Shown here in pieces: positions 48,445 to 58,200 of a DNA stretch of 64,000 nt (position 1 is its first letter; each line of letters begins with the position of its first letter). The stretch is from positions 1 through 64,000 of the IMG/VR virus record IMGVR_UViG_3300009169_000019. One strand, given 5' to 3'. The DNA comes from a virus (lineage: Duplodnaviria > Caudoviricetes). The notes beneath the pieces were generated by a model. The model was not told the DNA's origin. It was given only the letters and a program-made list of their open reading frames with translations, and did no database searches. The position numbers and the translations under genes were made by a program.

Positions 48445-51306
48445 TTAATCTAAAAATTCTAACTGACCACCAGCTTTTAAAAATTGTTGAATTTGATCTT
48501 CATCCATTTCTACCACCTGTCCACCAAGTTGACCACCTTTTTTCATAAGTTCAATGTGTATATGATCATTCTCATATATTATATCTTCAATGCCAAATTG
48601 TTTTTTAATTGATGGATTGGATTTTAAATAATTTTTTAATTCGGAATATGTTTTTTTATTTGAACTATTTGCACCAATATCTATAGCTTTATTGCTATAA
48701 TGTTTTGAGCCTTTCATATGTCTGCTATCATTTCCAGAACTTAAAACTACACCAGGAAATATTTGAGATACTACATTTGCAAAACTAATTAAATTTGGAT
48801 GTAAGTTTTTAATATTAACATTTGATGATTTAGTTTTTATATTAGAAGCATTAGAATAGTTGTTATACATATTATTTCGAACTGGTTCAAGTTTTCTTAG
48901 CTCATTATAATTTATAGAATTACCTGACAATTTATTATATAAATTTAATTTTTCTTTAAAATCATTTCCCCAAGTTTTTTTGTTACCATAATCAGAACGT
49001 GGAACTATATCATAAACAGATAAATCTCCTGATGCAGCACGTTTTGCAAATGCAGGATAATACCAAGCTCCTAATGAATATGGACCATAATTTTTAATAT
49101 GCTGCTGCATTATAGTTTTTGCAGCAATGTATTCTGCATTGGCATCTGTCTTTACAGCATTTTTAAATTCATTAAACGTAGAATATTGTTTTTTTATTTG
49201 GGGATTTTTATATGCTTCTTTTATTGTGTCATCTGTCATTTGATAAGTACCAATAGCACTTGCTCTTTTTCCACCTTTTCCAACAAGATTAGTTCTTTTT
49301 CCAAGAGCAGTTTCTCCAGGTGCGGAACTAGATTCAATTCCAGCAACAGCTTGCAATGCTAAATCAACATCAATATTTTCTTGTTTTGGAATTTCATAAT
49401 TAGGTTGCGCATTTTGCAAAATGCGAACATAATCTTTTGGAGAAACAACAGGTGAAGAAGGAATAAATGGAGTGGTAATATTACTAAAGTCTCTAAATTC
49501 TACTTCTAGTTCTTTAGGTTTTTTCTCAATACCATACTCAGATAAAGTGGCTAAATCAGGAGTATATCCACCAACCTGATAACTAGGAACTTCCATACCA
49601 TACTTACCGTACATACCTTTATAAGAAAATGTACCTGTATTATAAGGTTTAAATGCACCATATGTAGAACCTGTTACACCATAATCACCTTTACTAGAAC
49701 CTTGAGGATTTGTAAACATAGCTGCTGTACTACCCATATTCATAGCAGCAGCATCCATATTTCTTTTTCTATTTCTTTCGTTTAATACATTACCAATAGT
49801 ACCAGCAAGTTCTACACCAGTTTGCATTGTATTTGCAATTTTACCAGCAGTTCTACCAAACTTCTGTATATCTGTTTGACCTGTTCTAAATCTAGCACCT
49901 TTTCCTTCTTCTTTAAGTTGTTCCCAAAGTTCAGGATCTTGTTTCTTTATGTTAGTTAATTGTTTATTATCTTTAGACCATGTAGTAAAACCTGTATTTG
50001 GATCTACCGTATTACTGTATTGACTTGAATCAAAAGGTTCAATATTTTGTTGTTCTTCATCATACTGCTCTTCATCCATATTTAATCCACCAAGGTCAGG
50101 ACTTTCATATAATTCATTTCTTCTATTTCTCCTACTACCGTTTACCCCGTCACCATATATTCCAGATTCTTGATTTTCATCTTCAATATCATATTGGAAA
50201 TTTGTATCAATGTTGTACGAACCATCGCCAGAAGCAGACCAAGATTGTCCAGCAGAAACATCTACAGGACTACCTGATGTGGGAGGTGTAGATGATGTTA
50301 CTGTAGAACCATCTTGAAAATAATATCCACTACCTGTTACATATGTACCAGAGTCTGTATTTCTATGAAACTTACCATCCATTCCATAATACCCACCTTT
50401 TTTAAACATAGTTCTCATTGCGGGAAATATAGCAGTACCACCTTTTTCATACATGCCTCCACATTCATAACAAGGTTGACCACCTTGTTTCATTTTAGAA
50501 ACATAATTAATAAGCTCGTTATTTTGTGTAGCACTACCCGTATAATTTTTTAAACCATATGATTCAGCAAGTTTTTTTCTTTCTGCAAATGAACTGTCTT
50601 TACCTTTTGATTTTAATAAATCAACAATGCTTGAATACTTATTTAATGGTGTAGAATAAGATGCACCAATAGCCCCCACTTCACGCATTGTTTGTGCGGG
50701 AGACATTGTAGATTGCAATGTTTTAGCAGCACCAAAATCTTTTAAAGGTACAGTTTGTAAATTATTCTTAATTAATTCTTTAGGAAGATTATAATTATTT
50801 ACAATAGGTGCTAAAACTTTAAGAGGTTGTAATGTTTTACTTCTATCTATATAAGGAGTATTAGCTGCCATTCCAGGTCTTGACCACATACCAGTAGATG
50901 TTTGCCATCCTGCGGTAGGTTGATTGCTCGCATATCCTTCAAAATCAGGATTGATATATCCGCCAGGTTCATTTACAGTAGGTATTTTATCAAAAGTTTC
51001 AACCATTGGACCAATAGCTCTACCCATTCTGTCAAATGATCTAGGTCTTTTAAAAGTACCAGATTCATCACGTACCATTGGTTGTAGTTGTGGAGTATAA
51101 TTAATCATACCTACATTTCCTTGTGTATTAACTCCAACTCTATTACGTAAATTTTCAGGAATTTCTACATTTATTCCATTTTGTGCTTCCATTAATTCAC
51201 CACACATATCGGGGTAGTCTGAACAAAAAGATGCTTGATCAGGATATTGATTATAAAAATCATCTTCTGATAATCCTGTTAATTCTAAAATACTTTGTTT
51301 ATTCAT
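48445..51306 (-). CDS. Virion cargo protein (953 aa) with DUF3597-like, lysozyme/SLT-like and peptidase M15-like domains
   Basis: SIVDLLKSKGKDSSFAERKKLA..NYTGSATQN; GIESS..SAIGTYQMT; SSGND.RH..SKHY..AIDI..DHIHIE. Confidence 0.75.
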   Translation of the reverse strand: MNKQSILELTGLSEDDFYNQYPDQASFCSDYPDMCGELMEAQNGINVEIPENLRNRVGVNTQGNVGMINYTPQLQPMVRDESGTFKRPRSFDRMGRAIGPMVETFDKIPTVNEPGGYINPDFEGYASNQPTAGWQTSTGMWSRPGMAANTPYIDRSKTLQPLKVLAPIVNNYNLPKELIKNNLQTVPLKDFGAAKTLQSTMSPAQTMREVGAIGASYSTPLNKYSSIVDLLKSKGKDSSFAERKKLAESYGLKNYTGSATQNNELINYVSKMKQGGQPCYECGGMYEKGGTAIFPAMRTMFKKGGYYGMDGKFHRNTDSGTYVTGSGYYFQDGSTVTSSTPPTSGSPVDVSAGQSWSASGDGSYNIDTNFQYDIEDENQESGIYGDGVNGSRRNRRNELYESPDLGGLNMDEEQYDEEQQNIEPFDSSQYSNTVDPNTGFTTWSKDNKQLTNIKKQDPELWEQLKEEGKGARFRTGQTDIQKFGRTAGKIANTMQTGVELAGTIGNVLNERNRKRNMDAAAMNMGSTAAMFTNPQGSSKGDYGVTGSTYGAFKPYNTGTFSYKGMYGKYGMEVPSYQVGGYTPDLATLSEYGIEKKPKELEVEFRDFSNITTPFIPSSPVVSPKDYVRILQNAQPNYEIPKQENIDVDLALQAVAGIESSSAPGETALGKRTNLVGKGGKRASAIGTYQMTDDTIKEAYKNPQIKKQYSTFNEFKNAVKTDANAEYIAAKTIMQQHIKNYGPYSLGAWYYPAFAKRAASGDLSVYDIVPRSDYGNKKTWGNDFKEKLNLYNKLSGNSINYNELRKLEPVRNNMYNNYSNASNIKTKSSNVNIKNLHPNLISFANVVSQIFPGVVLSSGNDSRHMKGSKHYSNKAIDIGANSSNKKTYSELKNYLKSNPSIKKQFGIEDIIYENDHIHIELMKKGGQLGGQVVEMDEDQIQQFLKAGGQLEFLD

Positions 51307-51310
51307 ATTA

Positions 51311-51327
51311 TAAACTTTTAAAGTTTA
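51311..51327. repeat. Palindrome TAAACTT-TTA-AAGTTTA (operator-like)
   Basis: Perfect arms, immediately upstream of the 953-aa start codon. Confidence 0.55.
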
Positions 51328-51346
51328 ATTATTTTATATTAAACTA

Positions 51347-51362
51347 TATATTATTAATTTAC
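51347..51362 (-). promoter_or_regulatory. Candidate late-promoter motif, copy 3 (GTAAATTAATAATATA)
   Basis: Intergenic, upstream of the 953-aa gene. Confidence 0.55.
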
Positions 51363-51381
51363 TTAATTTTATTGAGATGTC

Positions 51382-54300
51382 CTAATTTTTAAGATATTCT
51401 AACCAATTTCTATTATCTTTCTTAACAATAGGGTTTAATGTAGATTGTCCTCCTATTGCAAACGTTTGTCCACCTTCTTCCCAAGTACCAAATCTTTTAT
51501 GCCAGTATAAAGGACTAAATGGATCTGTTGCTTTAGAACTGTTTTTACCACCCATTCTATTCCAGAAGTTTTCTCTTCTTTGTTCAGAATGGTGTTGTTT
51601 AAAATCTTGCATTCCTTTATATCCACCATGTACTACTTTATAATCATCACCTTTTTTAGCTAACACCATCCATTTTTTACCAGGTCTTGTACTTTGTTTT
51701 TTTGCACCTACTTTTGTAAAGCCCATATTTCTATATCTTTCTGGAATACCACCTCCTTCAGCATAATTTGTATCTATAAAACTATTACCTCCTCTTGGTG
51801 CATAATGATGCTCACCTATATAATTTTGATCAACAACTCCTTCACTATCACCCATAAATTCTTGTCTTATAAAATTACCTTTTCTATCATATATATCTAC
51901 AGGATAAGTTCTTGGCTGTATTAAATTTGTTAAATTTACAGTTTGTTTTGGAGAAATTGGAAGTAATTCACCACGTGTTACAATTTTAGGGTTAACTAAA
52001 GTAGGTGCTACCATTTCTAATCTTTCTAAATGTTCTATAGGATGTGTAGATGCAGGTTGATATATTACTGGTTGTACTGGTTTTTTGTACTCAACAGCAT
52101 GACTTCCTGAAAATTTAGGATTGTTATATTCTTTTCCTTTTGGTAATATTTTGTTTGCTGCACTAAGTCTTTTAAATGCTGGACTAACTTTTTTAGTATT
52201 TTTATCATACCATTTATTTAAATAGTTTATCCATACATCTTCTGCATTTGGTAAGTTGTTAACTACTTTTAAATCATTTATCAATCCTTTACTTGCATTA
52301 TACAAAATTAAACTATCATTATACATTCTTTGAGCTTGTTCAAACTGTTTTCTGTCTGTATAAACTTTAGGTGGGTTTTGTTTTTGCCCACCAGGTCCAT
52401 ACATAGGAATACCACCATATTCCATTTCTTCTATAGGAAGTTCCATCATTCCTTTAGTTTCAGGATTATACATCATATAATCAGATACTGAATTTGCATA
52501 ATCATCTACCATAGTAAGTTTAGAACTAACCCATGGTTCTAAATTAGAATTTGGTTGAATAAACTTACGAAGATTAGTTAGTTTATTAATAGCAGCATCA
52601 ATTTGACCAATAGCCATTTCACCATCAGGTTCTCCTCCATTATTATACATAGAAATATTTCCTCCATTTTGATATTTCATACCATACATATCATTAGCTG
52701 CACGCTTATATCCTTTAGCTGCAAAATAATCAGCTATATCTTCTGTTGGAGTTTGTATATATTCTTCCATTTGATTAGGTTGATATGATAATTGCTGAGG
52801 ACCCGTTTGTATTATTGTAGGAAATACTTGATTATCTCCAAAAGACATTAATAAATTAGATGTATTATTACTATTAGGATCTTGTCCTTCAATATATCTT
52901 GTAGGAATACCTCCTTGATAACCTAATCCAGCAGCACGTTGCATAAAATTTTTATCTTGATTTCTTTGTAATAAAACTTTAGAAATAGCATCCATGCTTG
53001 GATCATTTACCATAGGTTTTTTTGTTCTCCAATAAACTTCTTCTTCACCTCCATCTTGATAATGACTTTTAATTTTTCTTTCTTGATCCAACATTTGTTT
53101 TGTTGGTACTTTACCAGATCCTCTGTTATCCCTGATATTATCCCATAATCCACGTTTAGAATATGAACCATCAGCACGTTTAATCATTTCTCCACCTTGT
53201 TCTTTTTTAGGATAATATATTCTATTATATATTGAATACGGCATACCTTTTGTTCTTTTTTGAGCAAAATCTTTTAAATCATATCTATCATAATATGATA
53301 AGTAATCCCCTTGTTTATCACGACCTCTACTAACACCAAATCTACCTAATAAACCAGCTCCATCTTTTCCACTTATAGGGGTTTCAATTTCTGATTCATC
53401 CGTTTGTAAAATTTCTTCAAGTTTTACTTTATCTTTATACGAATTAAATATATCTTGTTCAAGCTGAGGATCTACAGTATAATAATTTTTATCTACAGCA
53501 TTAATTGTTGGTATATATTTAGATTTTTTTAAATACTTTAATTCATCTGGTGTACTTAAACCTAAATAAAATTTAAATGCTTCTTCACTTCTGGGGTCAT
53601 AAGATTCCTCCCTTTGTTCATCCGAAACCCATCTTCCATAATTGCGTAAATCAAGATAACTAGAAGGATTAATTGTACGATAGGCTTTTTGTCTTTGAGG
53701 TAATGTTTCAGCAGGAAATGTTCTACTATTATAATTATTATAAGCATCTACATATGCTTTTTTTAAATTAGAAATAAACCCTCCTCCTCTTTGCATCATA
53801 GGATACTCTGTAACTGGAGCTTGGTTAAATGTATAATCACCTCCAGGTTGCATCATAATTTTTTGACCATCCGCACCAACTCCTAACACTGGATAGTTTA
53901 CACCACGCATTGTAATATTAGGACTACCAATTTGTGTCACTTGTCCTGGATGGGCCCATTGTCCTCTGTTGTCTTTTATTACCCCACCATATTTATTTTT
54001 TGGAAGATTTAAAAAATCTTCAAGAGGTAATTCATATGATTGATTAAAATAATTTTTATAATATTCACCAACATCTTTCATTGCATCTTTTTCTGCAAGT
54101 TTAATTGCTTCTGAATTTGGTGACTTACTTACATAAGGATGATATGGATATATGTAATCTTCTATATCAGGTGCATAAATTATATTTTCACTAACAGGAC
54201 CTTTATGTCTAAACTGATAAAAAGCAGTTCCTCCAGGATTTTGCAAAAAAACTGGATCATGTGAATAAGGTAAAGATATTTTATTAGGAATTACTTTAGC

Positions 54301-55272
54301 GTTGGCAAGCCCTCTATAAATAAAAGAATTTTTTAAATTATCAACTGCTTTATTATATTCTGCTTTAGAAATATTTACACCTGGATATTTCCAACCTTCT
54401 CCTTCTTTAATATCTTCATAAATTTTTTTAGTCTCAAGATCTATATTTTTTAATCTTTCTGCTTCACTTATTGATTTAGTAAATGTTGGAATATCAATTT
54501 GTGATTCATATATTATTGGTTTTTTAATTTTAATTGTTTTTGTTGAAGGAATAATTCCAGCTAAAGGATTAGCTAAGTTATTTACAAATTGTCCTGTTGT
54601 TTTAGAACCTAATCCTGCTAAAGCTCCTACAGCTAAAGGTGCACCTATACCTGTTACATAAGGCATGTAAGAATTAGTTACATTAGACATTAAAGGAGCT
54701 TCACCTAATCCTGCTGCCATATCATACAACATAGTAATAGGATTAAATGTATTTAAAAATGGTTGTTCAACTTGGTTTTCATTCCACCTACCTTTATTTC
54801 TTAAAGATTGTGCATCAACATATGCACGTTCTTTAACATTCATATCTTTATATTTCTTACTAGCTCCTGTGGGTAGAGTAAATACAGTTCCTTTTTCTTT
54901 AGCTTGTCTTGCAGATATTTCTTCTTGTAATTTTCTTCTTTCAGCATTTTTTTGTGCTAAAATAGCATTTTGCATTGCAGCTTGTTGCGCTGGTGTATAT
55001 GCAACATTTGAAAAATTTCTACGGTCTACAATAGGTTTATTTTTTAGAAACAACTGATCTCTGAAATTTACTTGACCTTTATCTTGATATTGATCTAATT
55101 CTCCACCTTCTCTCATCTTAATATCACCACCACATTTATGACATGTCATAGGATCCATTCCACCATCAGATAATTTCCATGACCAACCACAATTAGAACA
55201 TGTTACTTTTCTATTTAGTGAATTTTTAGATACTAATCCACCTTCTGCATATTTATCTAACCACTTTTTCAT
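51382..55272 (-). CDS. Modular 1296-aa protein made of cassettes separated by [YFM]xxGG motifs
   Basis: About 13 motif copies separating unrelated short modules; lies between the muzzle and cargo genes. Confidence 0.8.
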   Translation of the reverse strand: MKKWLDKYAEGGLVSKNSLNRKVTCSNCGWSWKLSDGGMDPMTCHKCGGDIKMREGGELDQYQDKGQVNFRDQLFLKNKPIVDRRNFSNVAYTPAQQAAMQNAILAQKNAERRKLQEEISARQAKEKGTVFTLPTGASKKYKDMNVKERAYVDAQSLRNKGRWNENQVEQPFLNTFNPITMLYDMAAGLGEAPLMSNVTNSYMPYVTGIGAPLAVGALAGLGSKTTGQFVNNLANPLAGIIPSTKTIKIKKPIIYESQIDIPTFTKSISEAERLKNIDLETKKIYEDIKEGEGWKYPGVNISKAEYNKAVDNLKNSFIYRGLANAKVIPNKISLPYSHDPVFLQNPGGTAFYQFRHKGPVSENIIYAPDIEDYIYPYHPYVSKSPNSEAIKLAEKDAMKDVGEYYKNYFNQSYELPLEDFLNLPKNKYGGVIKDNRGQWAHPGQVTQIGSPNITMRGVNYPVLGVGADGQKIMMQPGGDYTFNQAPVTEYPMMQRGGGFISNLKKAYVDAYNNYNSRTFPAETLPQRQKAYRTINPSSYLDLRNYGRWVSDEQREESYDPRSEEAFKFYLGLSTPDELKYLKKSKYIPTINAVDKNYYTVDPQLEQDIFNSYKDKVKLEEILQTDESEIETPISGKDGAGLLGRFGVSRGRDKQGDYLSYYDRYDLKDFAQKRTKGMPYSIYNRIYYPKKEQGGEMIKRADGSYSKRGLWDNIRDNRGSGKVPTKQMLDQERKIKSHYQDGGEEEVYWRTKKPMVNDPSMDAISKVLLQRNQDKNFMQRAAGLGYQGGIPTRYIEGQDPNSNNTSNLLMSFGDNQVFPTIIQTGPQQLSYQPNQMEEYIQTPTEDIADYFAAKGYKRAANDMYGMKYQNGGNISMYNNGGEPDGEMAIGQIDAAINKLTNLRKFIQPNSNLEPWVSSKLTMVDDYANSVSDYMMYNPETKGMMELPIEEMEYGGIPMYGPGGQKQNPPKVYTDRKQFEQAQRMYNDSLILYNASKGLINDLKVVNNLPNAEDVWINYLNKWYDKNTKKVSPAFKRLSAANKILPKGKEYNNPKFSGSHAVEYKKPVQPVIYQPASTHPIEHLERLEMVAPTLVNPKIVTRGELLPISPKQTVNLTNLIQPRTYPVDIYDRKGNFIRQEFMGDSEGVVDQNYIGEHHYAPRGGNSFIDTNYAEGGGIPERYRNMGFTKVGAKKQSTRPGKKWMVLAKKGDDYKVVHGGYKGMQDFKQHHSEQRRENFWNRMGGKNSSKATDPFSPLYWHKRFGTWEEGGQTFAIGGQSTLNPIVKKDNRNWLEYLKN

Positions 55273-55278
55273 TTACTA

Positions 55279-58200
55279 TTATTTTTGAGATATTTGGAGT
55301 TTTGTATTAATAAATTTGAATATCATTTTAATATCCCCTCTTCCATCTACACCTTCTTTTCTTATTTCTGGAGGATTCTTTCTAAGAAGCACCTTGCTTA
55401 CATTGTGTCTAAATTTCTTTTTCTGTGTAGACAACTTATAATAATCTACACTAAAAGGATTTACAAACCAGTTATATCCATTAGGAAATGTTGTTATTAG
55501 AATATTTTCGACACCACTAAATTCTCCCCTGTCTTTTGTAATATCATTAAACTGATTAAATCTATATTTTTGTTCTTCTTTAGAGAATAATATTTCTGTA
55601 GATCCTGTAGGATTAATTATTGGATAATTAAGATATTGGAAAGGATTAGACTTAGATTTTAAATTAAGATTAAGCAATCCAGATATTTGTTCTGAGTTAT
55701 AAACAATAGCTGAATCAAAGTTATAATCTAATAAATGAAACTTATCTTGTCCATTAGCACTGTATTTATATGCTTCTAAATAATATTCTACATTACGCAT
55801 TGTAGTAACAGTAGTTCCTGTTGGAAATGCATATTCTATTTCAAATGGATGATAGGTACCATAAAAATTACAAAAATCATCCCATCTGTCGTTATGTCTC
55901 CACAATCCAGTTTGTGTTTGAAAACAAGTTTTATATGCTGTATAAAAATGTCTCTTAGAAGGAAGCATAAATGTAGGATGCCAATCATGAAAACTAATCC
56001 ATTGTTTATTCTTTACATCATAAGAAATAGTCCAAGATGCATCTTCAAAATATGCAGGGTCACATAATGAAATAGGAATTTTAGAAAAAACACTAACAGG
56101 AGGAAGTATTTCTGTGTTATATTCTAAAGATTCTGTTAATGTATATACACACACAGGTTCTTCCACACCATATGTATATTCTAAAACACCAGCACCTGAA
56201 CAAGTATATTCATAATCTATAAATTCAGATTTATCATTTGTTGTAAATATTACATTAAGATCAGAAAATGAAGTTGCATTTAATATTTCAAATTGTGTAT
56301 TATCTATTAATGCAGCACCAAATCCTTCATAGGAGCCCTCAAGCTTTAATGTGTTGTTAACTTCAGTTATCTGTATAGGATAGATATGAAGATATGTATT
56401 AGATACATCATCACCAGATGAACCCGGAAGTCTACTATCAGCATTCATTGCAGCAAGATCTGGATCTAATATTACCTGACCATTTAATGTAATTCTAAAA
56501 TTAGTATATGCTGTAGTAGGGTCTACACTATAAGAACATATTGCAACATAATAAATCTTTTCATTAGGTACATTATTCAAATAAATATTATATGTAATTG
56601 TATCATTAGGAATACCAGATGTAGCTGTTGTCTTAATCATTAGATAGTTTACAGGTCCATCTGAAGATGTTCCTGTATCATTAATCCAAAAATTATTAAG
56701 TTGTCCAATATTAGTGTATGTACCAACAGCTGAACCATTATATCCAAGATCATACAATGCAGTTCCTAATGTGCCATATGTTACACTTCCTAAAGGTTCT
56801 GTAGAATAATTAGTTGTAGATATTACAGGTGGCTCTGTTGTAACTTGTTGACATTGACCATTTATATACTGATATCCAGAAGGACAGTCATATGTATATA
56901 ATGGCTCTACATTAACATTTATATTTCCATTATTTAAATAAAATCCAAATGCAGGATCGTATTGTATATCATTACGTTTTGGTATATAGTCTCTTTTAGA
57001 AAAATATACCACCTCATTAATATTGTCATATACAGTTGTTATACCAGCACCAATAACAGGATTATCACTTAAATTAAAATTAGGAAAATAATTAATAAGT
57101 TGTAAAGGAAGATATCTGCTAAACCACCATTTCATATTTGATTTAGAAATTTCTTCAAGTTGTCCCGTGTATGCAAAAATCTTACCTTGGTCTTGACTTA
57201 CATAAAATACACCATAAGGTGTAGATGTAATACCCCATCTGCTTTGACATGAACCATATTCATATATTTGGTCTGAATTAACAAGACTCTGTAAAGGTTG
57301 ATTAAATAATCCTCCATCTCCAATTGTTACTTTAATTCCTGTATCTGTTTGTAAACTATCAACACCCATAATTTGCATTGGGGATTGTCTATCTAACATT
57401 ATTAAAGCACCTGTTTTATTTATTTGTTTTACAGAAGTAACTTTAGTAGGCATGTCTTTATAGTTATTAACTAAAAAACTTTGCCAATTATCACGTTTAA
57501 GTTCTTCTTGTTGCGGTAAAGAATATTGAATTCTTCTTGGATAATAAGTGTAACATGTAGCCGCTACAAGTGGATTAAATGAACGTGGTAAAACTTGACC
57601 CCATGTAACAAATTGATTATACATTCTAGATACAGAAAGAGAATAATCATACTTATAAAATGCTGAAAATTTTACATAATCGCTTCTAAATAATGTAACA
57701 AGGTCTGTGTATCCATAAGGATCATAAAATCTTTTGCTTGCTTCATCTTCCCAATCTCTATATCCAACATTCACTTCAGATTCTACAAAAAAATCTCTTA
57801 CACCATTGCAAAATAAATAAAAGTTAGCAGCATCTACTTTCCAACCAGGATCGCCATTATAATCTTTACCAACAATAGTACCTCCTTTGTTAAGTCTATA
57901 ATATTTTTTAGGGCTTATTAAAATAGAATTGTCCACATATTGTTTTCTATTATCTACAAAATAATATGTACCGACAATATTTTGATATTGTAAATAGTTA
58001 TATGTAACATCTTCTGGTTGTTCAATAAGCCAATCATTAAAATATAAATAATTATTTTTCTCTGTGTACCGGTTTAAATATATGTCACCACCGAATAATA
58101 TTGGTACTTCATTTATTGTATATACACAACTAGAAATGGGAATTTGTCTAATAGAATCAATCTGCCCATACTGCGATGCAAAATCTACTTTAATTGCACC

